Positions 1 to 10,721 are shown, numbered from the stretch's first letter. The stretch: DNA of 64,000 nt from Alphaproteobacteria bacterium (GCA_050175015.1 JBFXJJ010000005.1:108953-172952), one strand, 5' to 3'. Notes: a model not told the origin generated them from the sequence alone. Numbers and translations: made by a program.

Positions 1-761
1 AGGAAAAAGACCGCAAAAGAAAGTCGGTAATAACAATTGATAGTATAAGAGAAATCAAAGATTTTCTGGCTTTAACTTCTTTTTTCGGCGGCTATAGGAT
101 AGTTATTATTGATACCGCTGATGACTTAAATGAACAAGCTGCCAATGCTCTTTTAAAAATCTTAGAAGAACCACCTAAAAAAGTTATTATGATATTAATC
201 AGTAATAACCTTGGAAAAATAAAACCGACTATTTTATCTAGGTGCCGTAAAATATATATGAATAAGCCTTATTATTCTATTGCAACCCATATTATAAAAA
301 CGTTTATTCCTGATTGCTTGGATAATGATATTAGTAAAGCTTTAATGCTAGGCAATGGAAGTATAGGTTTAGCCTTAGAAGTTCTTTCCAGCAATGGAAT
401 TGAAATCTGCCAAAGATTTGCCAATTTATTTGCTAAACTGCCGTTAACTAAACCAGCTGAAATTAATGATTTTGCCGAATTTATTACCAGTGATGATACA
501 AACTATAAAATGGCCAAAAATCTTATTCCTGATGTCTTGTCGAGAGCAATAAAAAATGATGTTCAAAAAAATCATAGCTCATTAGAAAATATTATAGTTG
601 ATAATATGATTAAACAGGGTTTAGATATAGAAGATTTACTAAATATAAGAAATGAAATCTGCCTTAAATTTGAGTTAACTGATAGGCTTAATCTTGATAA
701 AAAATTGGCAGTTATGGACATTTTTTTTAAAACTACTGAGGTCATAAAAACAAAATGCTAA
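1..761 (+). CDS. holB: DNA polymerase III delta-prime subunit, 5' part outside window
   Basis: Frame open from base 3; encodes IIDTADDLNEQAANALLKILEEPP and PTILSRC clamp-loader motifs; upstream of tatD. Confidence 0.9.
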   Translation, partial: EKDRKRKSVITIDSIREIKDFLALTSFFGGYRIVIIDTADDLNEQAANALLKILEEPPKKVIMILISNNLGKIKPTILSRCRKIYMNKPYYSIATHIIKTFIPDCLDNDISKALMLGNGSIGLALEVLSSNGIEICQRFANLFAKLPLTKPAEINDFAEFITSDDTNYKMAKNLIPDVLSRAIKNDVQKNHSSLENIIVDNMIKQGLDIEDLLNIRNEICLKFELTDRLNLDKKLAVMDIFFKTTEVIKTKC

Positions 762-1534
762 TTGATAGCCATTGCCATATAGATTTTGAAAAACTGCAAA
801 CTAACATCACAAAAGTTATGGCAAATGCCCAAAATTCTGGGGTCGAGAAGATGCTTAGTGCAGGGGTTACAATAAAAGCATTTCCTAATCTTTATGACAT
901 AATTTCAAATTATGATAATGTTTTTTGCTCAGTCGGAACTCACCCTCATTATGCGGGTGATGAAGATGAAAAAAAAGTTACGCTAGAAGAGTTGATAGAA
1001 TTCTCAAAACGACCCAAAGTAATTGCTTTTGGAGAATGCGGCTTTGATTTTTATTATAATCATTCTAGCAAAAGTGAACAGGAAGAGATTTTAATAAAAC
1101 ATATTAATGCTGCTCAAGAAACAGGTCTTCCAATTATTATTCATACTCGTGATGCCGATGAAGATGCCGCCAGAGTTCTAATTGAATCCTATAAAAATAA
1201 AGAATTTAAAGGCGTTATTCATTGCTTTACCTCAGGATATGATTTTGCTATGAAGATGCTTGATGTTGGTTTCTATATTTCAGCCTCAGGCATTATAACT
1301 TTCAATACGGCTGATGAAATTAGGCAAACTATAAAAGAGGTTCCTCTGAATCGTCTTTTGGTGGAAACAGATTCTCCTTATTTAGCTCCAATACCTCATA
1401 GAGGCAAAACCAATGAGCCTTCTTTTGTTAAACTAGTTGCTGAAAAATTGGCAGAAATCAAAGGGGTTTCACTAGAAGAAATCAGTAATATTACATCTCA
1501 AAATTTTATGCGACTTTTCGAAAAATGCCAATGA
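755..1534 (+). CDS. tatD: TatD family deoxyribonuclease
   Basis: DSHCH, GECGFD, IIHTR, GVIHCF, LVETDSPYLAP motifs. Confidence 0.95.
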   Translation: MLIDSHCHIDFEKLQTNITKVMANAQNSGVEKMLSAGVTIKAFPNLYDIISNYDNVFCSVGTHPHYAGDEDEKKVTLEELIEFSKRPKVIAFGECGFDFYYNHSSKSEQEEILIKHINAAQETGLPIIIHTRDADEDAARVLIESYKNKEFKGVIHCFTSGYDFAMKMLDVGFYISASGIITFNTADEIRQTIKEVPLNRLLVETDSPYLAPIPHRGKTNEPSFVKLVAEKLAEIKGVSLEEISNITSQNFMRLFEKCQ

Positions 1535-2325
1535 AAACAAAAATAAGAATACTGGGCTGCGGAACAGCAAATGGAGTACCTTCGATTGCTCGAGGTTATG
1601 GCTTATGTAATCCAGATAATTTAAAAAATACAAGAACACGAACTTCCATAATTGTTGAAACCGAAACAACTAGAATTTTAGTTGATGCTGGACCAGATTT
1701 AAGAATGCAGCTTCTTGATGCTGGAATAAATCAAGTTGATGCCGTTTTGTTTACTCATGATCACGCGGATCATTTACATGGAATAGATGATTTGCGGGAA
1801 ATTAATCGTGTTACTGGTCATAAAATTCCAATATATGGCAGTAATGAAACAATGAAAACCATAGCAACAAGGTTTAGCTATGTTTTTGCTGCTAATAATA
1901 ATATGGAAGAAATTTTAGAGCAGCCGATATATCAACCTAATCTTGTAAAAAATATTATTGAAAACGATACAATGTTTAAAATTGGAGACATTGAGGTTAG
2001 GGGCTTTACTGCTAATCACGGCTGGCAAAAAGTTACAGCATATCGTTTTAATGATATTGTTTATATGACAGATACAGTCGAAATCTATGATATGGAAGCT
2101 GAATACTTAAAAAACATTAAGCTTTTTATTGTTGGTTGCGCATCTTATATCAAACACCCAATTCACGCTAATGTTGAAATGGTATTAGATTGGGTTAATA
2201 AGCTAAAACCTGAAAGAACTATTTTAACTCATATGGGATCAGGCTTAGATTACGATAAGCTAATTTCAGAATTACCCAAAAATGTTGAGCCGGCTTTTGA
2301 TGGTATGGCGATAATCGTTAACTAG
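1525..2325 (+). CDS. MBL-fold metallo-hydrolase (PhnP/YycJ-like)
   Basis: ILGCGT start, THDHADHLHG metal motif; usual neighbour of tatD. Confidence 0.9.
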   Translation: MPMKTKIRILGCGTANGVPSIARGYGLCNPDNLKNTRTRTSIIVETETTRILVDAGPDLRMQLLDAGINQVDAVLFTHDHADHLHGIDDLREINRVTGHKIPIYGSNETMKTIATRFSYVFAANNNMEEILEQPIYQPNLVKNIIENDTMFKIGDIEVRGFTANHGWQKVTAYRFNDIVYMTDTVEIYDMEAEYLKNIKLFIVGCASYIKHPIHANVEMVLDWVNKLKPERTILTHMGSGLDYDKLISELPKNVEPAFDGMAIIVN

Positions 2326-2499
2326 ATTTTTTTACAAATTATTCCAAAGCATTTATAATCCTATCACACGCTATCTTATTTATATGAAATACAAATAAAA
2401 TAAGATTACAGATTAAACATAAAAAAATAAATCGTTATAAATCAATCCATTAGAGTGCGCATGTTACACAAGAATACTATCTTGAATCTGCACCATATT

Positions 2500-2527
2500 A
2501 CTATTCATAATATATATTATGCGACAA
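2500..2527 (-). other. Candidate XerCD dif-like site
   Basis: Minus strand TTGTCGCATAA-TATATA-TTATGAATAGT; 11-6-11 layout with CGCATAA and TTATG inner arms as in dif; intergenic. Confidence 0.55.
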
Positions 2528-2686
2528 TCGGATATGGGGCGTAAAACCCCCATTTCGGAATTGTGTATGCTTTTGTTTATATGGTATTTTATTTAAAGAG
2601 ATTTTATAATTACATCTTACGTTTAAATTTCGGATAATATCTTTTTGATAGCAAACTACAGCTCTTTAATTTTCTAGGAGAACAAA

Positions 2687-3439
2687 ATGAAAAAAATAAA
2701 AGTCATCGCAGGCATCGTTATTGTTTTAATTATTGGCGGCATTATATTTGCTCCATCTTTAGATGATATAATTAAAAAATCTATTGAGTATTTTGGAAGC
2801 AAGGTTACAAAAACCGAAGTTAAATTAAAAAAAGTAGATTTATCTTTAAAAGACGGAAAACTGTCCCTCTATGATTTTTATATCAAAAATCCCAAAGGCT
2901 TCTCTAATAATAAAATGATATCTTTCGGTAATATTACTGTTGATATTGATGTCAAATCATTAACATCTGATGTTATAAAAATAGAAACTATCCTAGTATC
3001 TAAGCCATCAGTTTTATTTGAGATGGGCAAAGAAAAGAGCAATCTAGCAACACTTCTTGATACTTTATCTTCATCTTCAGACACCTCACCTGAGCCTGAG
3101 AAGAATGAAACCAAAGAAGCTCCAGCTGAAGGCAAAAAAATAATAATAAAAAAACTCACCGTTGAAAAAGGCTCAATTGGCATTAATATAAGATCTTTAG
3201 GCGACAAAAAATTAACGGTTCCATTGCCTTCTATTACTATGACAAATATAGGTGAAGACAAAAAAGGTGCATCCCCCTCTGAAATAGCTAAACAGATTGT
3301 ACAGAAAATAACATCTGTCGCTCAAAATGCTGCGATATCTGCAGATGCCGTCAAAAATGCTTTGGGTAATATTTCGGATAATATTAAAAATGGTGCATCT
3401 AATGTAACCAATTCTATTAAAGGATTCTTTAATAAATAG
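2687..3439 (+). CDS. AsmA-like/DUF748-like membrane-anchored protein
   Basis: N-terminal TM anchor, NPKGF motif, beta-rich body; GGAG RBS. Confidence 0.6.
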   Translation: MKKIKVIAGIVIVLIIGGIIFAPSLDDIIKKSIEYFGSKVTKTEVKLKKVDLSLKDGKLSLYDFYIKNPKGFSNNKMISFGNITVDIDVKSLTSDVIKIETILVSKPSVLFEMGKEKSNLATLLDTLSSSSDTSPEPEKNETKEAPAEGKKIIIKKLTVEKGSIGINIRSLGDKKLTVPLPSITMTNIGEDKKGASPSEIAKQIVQKITSVAQNAAISADAVKNALGNISDNIKNGASNVTNSIKGFFNK

Positions 3440-3473
3440 GCGCACTAGCTAAAAATTAATATACAAAATAATA

Positions 3474-3507
3474 AAAAGAGGAGAGCTTTCCGCCCTCCTC
3501 TTTTTTT
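3474..3507. terminator. Bidirectional intrinsic terminator
   Basis: AAAAGAGGAG...CTCCTCTTTTTTT hairpin between convergent genes. Confidence 0.75.
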
Positions 3508-3577
3508 GTAGCATACGTTATTTGTATCAATTTTAATTTGCTTACGATTAAATGCTAAACGCTCTAAACGATTTATT

Positions 3578-4597
3578 TTAATAATTATTAGCGATGTCTA
3601 TAATAGCTCTATACGTTCCCGTCACAGCTAAAGCTAATTTATCATAATCGAGAGTGTCTGGTAAATCGGTTGCTTTATGATAATTAGGATTACGATAAAA
3701 AGCCGTATCAGTAATCATAACTGATGGTATTTTGTCCGCATAATTTAGGTGATCTGAAAACATTAATCCAGGGATAATACTGGGAGCCACAAGTAGTTTT
3801 GCTGGAAGTTTTGTGCTTGAAAGCCCTTTGTATACATTATGTACAAGCTTGCGCCCCTTTATATTGCCAACAACGGTTATAAAATCACCGACATCACCAT
3901 AAATATATTTCATAAATGAAACAGGATATTTTTGAGACCCCTTCTCTGTTCTGTAATAGCCAAGCATTTCCAATGCAATCATTGCTGTTGTTTTTGGCTT
4001 TTCTTTAGAAATTAATTGGTAATGCCTAGCGCTTCCCATATTGCTTGTTGCGAAAAACGGCGGTTCCTCATTAGCATAAAAAACCATATCTATCTGCTTG
4101 TTTAATTTTGGATTGTTTTGTTTTAATAATTTTGCAATTTCTAGTAAAGCGGCAACCGCACTAGCATTATCATCTGCTCCAGGATTATTGACTGTGTCGT
4201 AGTGAGCTCCAACAATAATTCGTTCTTTTTGATTACCATCGCCATAAGAAACTATAAGATTAGTAAACTTCTCATTACTATTAAATGGTGAACCAAGCGC
4301 AAATTCTTGCTTAGTTACTTTATAGCCGCTTTGAGTAAGGCTTTTTTCTATGTAGGCTGTCGCTTCATCTAAATCTTTTCTAAAAAACCAGCAACGTTTT
4401 AACGACGCTAAATAATTAACATCTTTTTTTATTGCAGCAATATCTGGAGATACTTCAACCCAAGTCGTTGATTCTTGAATATTTTCTTTAAGCCCAAAAT
4501 CAAACATAAAATAAACAGAAGCGCTTAAAACGAGCGAAATAACAAGAATTTTTTTGGTAATTTGATAAAATGTGGTGTTTAATTTTTTATTACGCAT
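3578..4597 (-). CDS. M28 family metallopeptidase
   Basis: VGAHYDT, PGADDNASA, NEEP, SDH, YH zinc-ligand motifs; N-terminal TM. Confidence 0.88.
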   Translation of the reverse strand: MRNKKLNTTFYQITKKILVISLVLSASVYFMFDFGLKENIQESTTWVEVSPDIAAIKKDVNYLASLKRCWFFRKDLDEATAYIEKSLTQSGYKVTKQEFALGSPFNSNEKFTNLIVSYGDGNQKERIIVGAHYDTVNNPGADDNASAVAALLEIAKLLKQNNPKLNKQIDMVFYANEEPPFFATSNMGSARHYQLISKEKPKTTAMIALEMLGYYRTEKGSQKYPVSFMKYIYGDVGDFITVVGNIKGRKLVHNVYKGLSSTKLPAKLLVAPSIIPGLMFSDHLNYADKIPSVMITDTAFYRNPNYHKATDLPDTLDYDKLALAVTGTYRAIIDIANNY

Positions 4598-4617
4598 AAA
4601 AGTTCCTTTTTACAAAA

Positions 4618-4657
4618 AAATAAGCGAGAAAACATTTTTTGTTCTCTCGCTTATTTA
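4618..4657 (-). terminator. Intrinsic terminator
   Basis: AAATAAGCGAGA...TCTCGCTTATTT hairpin with T-tract on minus strand. Confidence 0.65.
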
Positions 4658-4695
4658 ATTAGCAGTTTTATCAATATCAATTCAATATAAAAAGC

Positions 4696-5328
4696 TTATC
4701 TTGTTTTTGCTTTCATCATCTGAGCAACATTAACAGCATTTGGTTCGGGATTAAATTTTATCCAGCTTTTTAAAGTCTTTTCATCCACACCTTGGGCTTT
4801 ATCTAAATTTTTCAACCCCCAAAAACTAGGTATAAGTCTTTCCCTGCGTCCGTGCCTTGAACACTCAAAAACTTCAGCGTAAAGATTAGTTCCAGTAAAA
4901 TCAGCATTTGCCACATCACTACCATCTAAATTTGTTATATGTGGTGTTATTACAGAATTTTTAAAAATAACACTTGTTAAATCGCATTTCGCCAAATCTG
5001 GATATATCGGATACTTACTTGTTTTTTGGGGTACTATCTTAGAATTTTCAAAACTTGCACCTGGAATTTTTGCTCCTGGAATTGTTAAGCCTTGGAAAAC
5101 TTTGTTACTTAAATCAGCTTTAGGAAGTTCAACGCCTTCTCTAACAGCTTGCTCTAGAACTCTTTGAAAAGTTCCTCTGCCCTCATATAGAATTTTGCCA
5201 TCTAAATCATTGATATATGTTGTTTCTCGAAAAAGATCAATAAGACCTTTTTTACCACAAGGATATGATTGAGCATTTTTTGCTTCAAACTCTGTAACTC
5301 TTTCTTTTGTCATCATCGCAGACTCCAA
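4696..5328 (-). CDS. Pentapeptide-repeat-containing protein
   Basis: ADLSN, AKIPG, ASFEN, CDLTS, ADFTG, TNLYA repeats. Confidence 0.65.
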   Translation of the reverse strand: MESAMMTKERVTEFEAKNAQSYPCGKKGLIDLFRETTYINDLDGKILYEGRGTFQRVLEQAVREGVELPKADLSNKVFQGLTIPGAKIPGASFENSKIVPQKTSKYPIYPDLAKCDLTSVIFKNSVITPHITNLDGSDVANADFTGTNLYAEVFECSRHGRRERLIPSFWGLKNLDKAQGVDEKTLKSWIKFNPEPNAVNVAQMMKAKTR

Positions 5329-5467
5329 GTTTAAATAGATAATTTATCATTAAATATAGTTTAATTAGTTGATATTGTCAACTTTTATGTCAATTTTATT
5401 GACGCAAAAACATAAAAAAACAAAATTTAATTCCTTACTTGGTATAAAGTGTTAGCATAATATTTTA

Positions 5468-7534
5468 TTAGAAGGGATAAAGTTCGGGTAAATCAGCATT
5501 TTTTTGTCGTTTATTATTTTGGGCTTTAAATTCATTATATGCTTTTTTAAATACGACAGAAAAATTGTGGCTATCCCATTCATAATTATTGCCATAAGCA
5601 CAATCGGCTAAAATAACAACTTCGGCTTCCAACTCGATAGAAGACAATCTGGCTGCAATTTCGTAAGGATTTTTAGGGGGATTATCTGACCACATCACCT
5701 CTCCCCATTCCACAAGAGATTTATAAACCAACTTGGCGTTGTTTTCTTGGCAATACTGCCAGATTTTAAGCGATGCCAAATTGTTATTTTTTATTCTTAA
5801 CTTTTTTAAGACATAAAAAAACAGCAAAAGGAGAAGAACCAATAACGATGATATAAAGCAGATAACAATTCCCTTTTTATCAATACGCTTAAATTTTGAT
5901 GTTTTTTCTTCCTTTTTAATTTCCTCCGCCGTTTTTTCAATAATATTAATAGTTCTTCCTGCAATAATTTCTTGGCTTTTTTCTTCGGTTTGCAAATTAA
6001 ACCAATCAAGATATAAACCTGGTATTTTTTTTAAGCCTTCTTCATAAAAAAGATAAATAATGGTCTTAGTTTTTATGCCGATTATACCTCTCTTATCAAA
6101 CGTATTCTGACTCTGATTGTGAGAAACATAAGTCTTTACGCCCTCAATTTTATCAACTTCAAAATCAGGTAGCTGTTCGGCAGAAAGTCCTGATGCTCTA
6201 ATCTCTATTGTTTGACGCAAGGCTTTTCCCTGCTCAAAATTATCATCTTTGCTATCCCAGTTAGAACTGACAGAAAGGCTATGTGCAGGCAGCCAATATT
6301 TTGCTTCAAGCGACTGAGGCTGAGGTTTAACATTGATTGTAATGTCGTTGCTGCTGATATTAACTATTTCTCTGTCATTTGTTATTGTTTTAACTGCTAT
6401 GGACGGTATTTTTAAAATGCCGCTTTTTTGTGGAAAGATAACATATTTTTTAACTATCACGTTATAATTGGTATCATCAATTTTCTCTTGCGTATTAACG
6501 ACATCACTAGTTGGATAAATTAAAAAATTATCCAAAACCGGTTCTTCAATATTAACCTTATTAATGCCTAAAGCGTCATAAAATTTTACGGTCATTACAA
6601 CCTGTTCTTGCAAATATGGCGTTTTATTATCAACATCAATACTAGCAAAAAGATTAGATTTATTTTGAACATTTGAGATATTATGGCTTTCATAAACCAT
6701 AAAATCCCCGCCTTTAATCAACATTTTTTGAGGAGCATTATTCGCAATATTCCAATAGCCAACATAGGTTTCAGGAATTATGACCGCACCTGTTTTGTTG
6801 GGAAAGTAAGAATATACAAAATCTTTTACTGCCATTAAGGTGTTATTAAAATAAGTTGTTTTGATAACGCTTGAGGTTTTATTAACTGTAATGTTTTCAG
6901 GTTCAATGATATTGATATCATTAGGAATCTCTTCGGCGATAGTTCCAAGAGCAATCAGGCTTATGTTTCTGGTAACAACTTGATTTTCAAAGAAATGAGG
7001 CGGATTTTTCTCCCAACTATCGATTATTTCTAAATTTTTAAATAACGGCAGATTTTCTTTAACGGCAATTTCTGGCTTTGGTTGGACATTAATTGTTACT
7101 TCTCGGCTGGTAAGCTTAACTTTAATGTTGTTTTGAGAAATAAGCCCTTCAAAATAAGACGGCAATATGGTTATTTTCCCCGTTTTATTTGGAATAACAG
7201 CAAATTTTTGTTCAACTATGTTATAGTTTTTGCCATTGACCTTTTTTTTGGTCATTGTGGGACGGTTGGATAATTGGGCAATAAAATAACCGTTTTCTTG
7301 CGGCGGAAAACTTTGACCTGTAATAATGCCGACACTATCAATTATTCTGATTGTATAAATGGTTTCGGTCTTTAAGTATGGTTTTAAATTGTCAACTTCA
7401 ACTTCAATAGAAACGCCAAAAGATGAGCTGTTATCATCGGTTTGAGATAAAGCCTTTACATTTTGCAGCATAAGAAACACGGTGCAAAAACAAAAAAACT
7501 TTATTAAAAATCTAAAACTCATTATGCCCACCAT
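5468..7534 (-). CDS. batD: BatD family protein with duplicated BatD-like unit
   Basis: Signal peptide, two similar VDN.(K/T)PYL...F.(I/V)(I/F)P.K(T/S)G units, C-terminal TM, LPELYP end; last gene of moxR-VWA operon. Confidence 0.75.
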   Translation of the reverse strand: MVGIMSFRFLIKFFCFCTVFLMLQNVKALSQTDDNSSSFGVSIEVEVDNLKPYLKTETIYTIRIIDSVGIITGQSFPPQENGYFIAQLSNRPTMTKKKVNGKNYNIVEQKFAVIPNKTGKITILPSYFEGLISQNNIKVKLTSREVTINVQPKPEIAVKENLPLFKNLEIIDSWEKNPPHFFENQVVTRNISLIALGTIAEEIPNDINIIEPENITVNKTSSVIKTTYFNNTLMAVKDFVYSYFPNKTGAVIIPETYVGYWNIANNAPQKMLIKGGDFMVYESHNISNVQNKSNLFASIDVDNKTPYLQEQVVMTVKFYDALGINKVNIEEPVLDNFLIYPTSDVVNTQEKIDDTNYNVIVKKYVIFPQKSGILKIPSIAVKTITNDREIVNISSNDITINVKPQPQSLEAKYWLPAHSLSVSSNWDSKDDNFEQGKALRQTIEIRASGLSAEQLPDFEVDKIEGVKTYVSHNQSQNTFDKRGIIGIKTKTIIYLFYEEGLKKIPGLYLDWFNLQTEEKSQEIIAGRTINIIEKTAEEIKKEEKTSKFKRIDKKGIVICFISSLLVLLLLLFFYVLKKLRIKNNNLASLKIWQYCQENNAKLVYKSLVEWGEVMWSDNPPKNPYEIAARLSSIELEAEVVILADCAYGNNYEWDSHNFSVVFKKAYNEFKAQNNKRQKNADLPELYPF

Positions 7535-7539
7535 AAAAA

Positions 7540-9711
7540 TTATTGGTATCGTTTCATAGAATGTATCATTTTTAATTTATGACGAAGCAATGCTTCAGGA
7601 TCTTCTGGGATACGATTTAGAAGATTCTTGGAATTTTGTTCATCTTCTGACGGCGGTTTTTCTGATTCTTTATAGTTACCGCCTGTTTTGTTGGTATTAT
7701 TATCACCTTTACCGCCCTTGCCTTCACCATCACTTTGGTTATTAGTATCGCCCCCTGTGGAGTTGCTTAAATCTTGCTGCTTATCATTTTGACCGCTGTT
7801 TTGGTTGTTATTCGAATTGCTATCAGATTGATTGTTATTTTGACCATTGCCATTAGCATTATTGTTTTGGTCTGAAGAAGCGCCGCCCTTACTGTTCTTA
7901 TTATCTTGATTAGAGCTGCCTCCAGATGTTGAGTTGTTACTATTATTGTTTGCTGAATTGCCGCCACCATTTGAATTATGATCGTTAGACTTGTTTTGCT
8001 CTTGGTCGTTATTATTATTTGATTGTTTCTGGTCATTATCAGAGTTATTGCTGCCAGAACCGTTATTGTTATTATTGCTTCCGCCATCAGAATTATCGCT
8101 AGACCCGCCGCCAGATGCTCCGCCGTTGTCCGAGTTTCCGTTTCCGTTTCCATTATTATAGTTATTTTCAGAATTATTATCAGAGCTATTATCACCTGAG
8201 CTTGAGTTTCCTCCGTTGTTCCCATTTTCGCCTTGGTTTTGGTTATCTGATGACGAGTTTGAGCCGCCATTTCCCTTGTTATTGCCCCCATTAGCATCAC
8301 CGCCGTTGCCGCTGTGTTTATCATCATTATTATTAGCAGAGCTGTTGTCTTTTCCGCCGTTCCCATTTTCGTCAGGATTAGTATCCTTAGATTGCGGCGG
8401 ATTATCTTCTAAAAGCTTTTTGATAATATCACGATTAAAAATAGCATTGCTGTGGTTAGGATTTAATGAAATAACCTCATCATAGGCTGCAATAGCTTCT
8501 TCAAACTTTTGAGACCAAGCTAAGGCATTGCCTAAATTATAAAGATATGTTTCATCGTGATTTTTAGAATATTCTAAGATGGCGTTATTGTAATCCTGAA
8601 GACGGTAAAAAGCTTTGCCTCTAAGTAATGGATTTTTTAAATAATCCAAACTGATACTGGCTTTACCCTCATCAATTAGTTTAATTCCAAGCTGTTCTTT
8701 AGAAAGTAATAAGGTTCTGTAATCAAAGGCATTAGCACTTTTGTTTAAGCCTAAAAAAGCAATAAAAACAACAACTCCAAGAAAATCTTTGCGAAACAGC
8801 GGTAATAAAGCAAGCAAAATGACTGGAATCAAGATATACCCGTTATCTTTTGATTTTGTTTCTTTAGTTGTTATCGCGTCTTTAACGCCTTTAAAAAACA
8901 AGAGCGTTTTTTTAGGACTTAATAGCTGTTCAATATCAATATTATCTTCGGCTTCGATAAATACCCCTCCGCCTAACATTGCCAATTTTTGCAATAGGCT
9001 GTGATCTTCTTTGCCTAAGGCTAATACTGATGTTATGCACCCTTTCCTATATGAATCTTGAGCCGTATCAAGCATATCATCATCTGCGTCTGATGGGTTG
9101 TCCGTCAACAGTATAATATTTCCTGAAGATGCGTAGGATTGTTTTATGAGCTGGCAGCTAAAATCAATCGCCCTATCTATCTTTTTACCTTGCGAAGGCA
9201 TAATGCTTGAGTGCAAAAGCGGTAGAAAATTCTTAATGATTTCATTATCATCGGTAAGAGGTGTTATTGCATATGGTTCATCGGTAAAAATTACTAACGA
9301 TTTTTCTTGATTGTTAAGTTTTTCTAAAATGTCGTTGAGTTTAAACCAAGCTTTGATTAAACGGCTAGGATTTTCATCGGTGGTATTCATACTAGAAGAC
9401 ATATCTAAGGCAATAACAGTGGGCGGTTCACTTCCCAAAAACTGCTCTCCTGTTTTTTGATATGAAAAGCCCGCAAGAGCTAAAATTAATAATATCCAAG
9501 CTGTTATAAGAAAAAAATTGATTTTAATATTTTCCTTAGTTCTTTTGGCTATCTGATGATTCAACAGATGTTTTTGGCACACTTTAAGCCAATTATTATG
9601 CTGTTTACTGGCATTTTTTATAAGTTTGGGAATAAAGAAAATAAGCCCTAAACCCAATAGCCAGTAAGGTCTGATAAACGATATTTCGGTAATATTTATA
9701 ATATCTACCAT
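7540..9711 (-). CDS. VWA + TPR protein (BatB/BatC-like fusion) with long N/G/S-rich linker
   Basis: DMSSSM MIDAS motif, LLTD, YNLGNALA TPR, IPEDPEALLRHK C-terminus. Confidence 0.85.
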   Translation of the reverse strand: MVDIINITEISFIRPYWLLGLGLIFFIPKLIKNASKQHNNWLKVCQKHLLNHQIAKRTKENIKINFFLITAWILLILALAGFSYQKTGEQFLGSEPPTVIALDMSSSMNTTDENPSRLIKAWFKLNDILEKLNNQEKSLVIFTDEPYAITPLTDDNEIIKNFLPLLHSSIMPSQGKKIDRAIDFSCQLIKQSYASSGNIILLTDNPSDADDDMLDTAQDSYRKGCITSVLALGKEDHSLLQKLAMLGGGVFIEAEDNIDIEQLLSPKKTLLFFKGVKDAITTKETKSKDNGYILIPVILLALLPLFRKDFLGVVVFIAFLGLNKSANAFDYRTLLLSKEQLGIKLIDEGKASISLDYLKNPLLRGKAFYRLQDYNNAILEYSKNHDETYLYNLGNALAWSQKFEEAIAAYDEVISLNPNHSNAIFNRDIIKKLLEDNPPQSKDTNPDENGNGGKDNSSANNNDDKHSGNGGDANGGNNKGNGGSNSSSDNQNQGENGNNGGNSSSGDNSSDNNSENNYNNGNGNGNSDNGGASGGGSSDNSDGGSNNNNNGSGSNNSDNDQKQSNNNNDQEQNKSNDHNSNGGGNSANNNSNNSTSGGSSNQDNKNSKGGASSDQNNNANGNGQNNNQSDSNSNNNQNSGQNDKQQDLSNSTGGDTNNQSDGEGKGGKGDNNTNKTGGNYKESEKPPSEDEQNSKNLLNRIPEDPEALLRHKLKMIHSMKRYQ

Positions 9712-10721
9712 CTAGCTTGTTTCTCCCGAAAATAAAATGCTGCCGACATTATTGATATAATTAAAGCTAAGGATAAGAAATAATGATAAATCTCAATTTT
9801 AGGTCTAATTATAAAATCGTCCTCATTGAGCGGTTCTAAGCTGTCTATAATATTATAAACCTCAACAAGCTCTTCGGTAGTTTCTGCCTTGAAAAACGCT
9901 CCTCCCGTTTTAACGGCTATCTGCTTAAGTTCAGCTTCATCATAATAATCATTTAAGTTATTAATTATAACGCCGTCTGGCGTTCTTAAGGTTTCTTTGT
10001 TTGACCCAAAACCAATAGTATAAACTTTAATCTTGCTCCTAACGGCTAAGCTTATTGCTTGTTCAACTGAAACATTGCCAATATTACTATGACCATCACT
10101 AAGCAAGATTATCGCTTTTTGTTTGCTGTCTCGTTCATAAAGATTTTTTACAGCAAGGGCTAGGGCGTCTCCTGTAGCGGTTTGCGGTCCTGCCATAGCA
10201 GGAAAAGCGCTAAAAAGCATTTCTTTAATAGTTTTTTTATCTAAAGTAAGCGGAACATATAAATAAGGTCTTGTTCCAAAAAGGATTAACCCTATTCTAT
10301 CACTAATTCTGCGTTCAACAAAATCGCTGCTGATTTTTTGTGCGATTAAAAGTCTTTCGACATATTGTTCGTCAATCTTATAATCAGGAATAGACATACT
10401 GCCTGATATATCTAAAACCAGCATTAAATCACGTGATTTGTTATTTAAAATTTTAGGACTGCCGATAATACAGGGCCTAGCTCCCGCAACCACGATTAAG
10501 GACCATATTAGATACATCATAAAAATTATAATTTGATTAGGTCTTATTCGATACCTGCTGTAAACACCTTTTAAGTTTTTTACCTCATAAAAGAAAGGAA
10601 CCTTCATTGCCTCACCTTTACCTTTATTAGATGAAGCCGAGAACAGCCTTATAACAAATGGTAAAGGCAGCAATATAAACATTTTATACCAGATAAAATC
10701 AATCATAAAAGCCTTATCCAT
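9705..10721 (-). CDS. batA: VWA domain protein (BatA-like)
   Basis: LDISGSM, DRIGLILFG, ILLSDG, VYTIGFG. Confidence 0.85.
   Translation of the reverse strand: MDKAFMIDFIWYKMFILLPLPFVIRLFSASSNKGKGEAMKVPFFYEVKNLKGVYSRYRIRPNQIIIFMMYLIWSLIVVAGARPCIIGSPKILNNKSRDLMLVLDISGSMSIPDYKIDEQYVERLLIAQKISSDFVERRISDRIGLILFGTRPYLYVPLTLDKKTIKEMLFSAFPAMAGPQTATGDALALAVKNLYERDSKQKAIILLSDGHSNIGNVSVEQAISLAVRSKIKVYTIGFGSNKETLRTPDGVIINNLNDYYDEAELKQIAVKTGGAFFKAETTEELVEVYNIIDSLEPLNEDDFIIRPKIEIYHYFLSLALIISIMSAAFYFREKQARW

Noticed and set aside
7767-8485. Alternative-frame ORFs in the N/G/S-rich tract
   Set aside because: Shadows of low-complexity coding sequence
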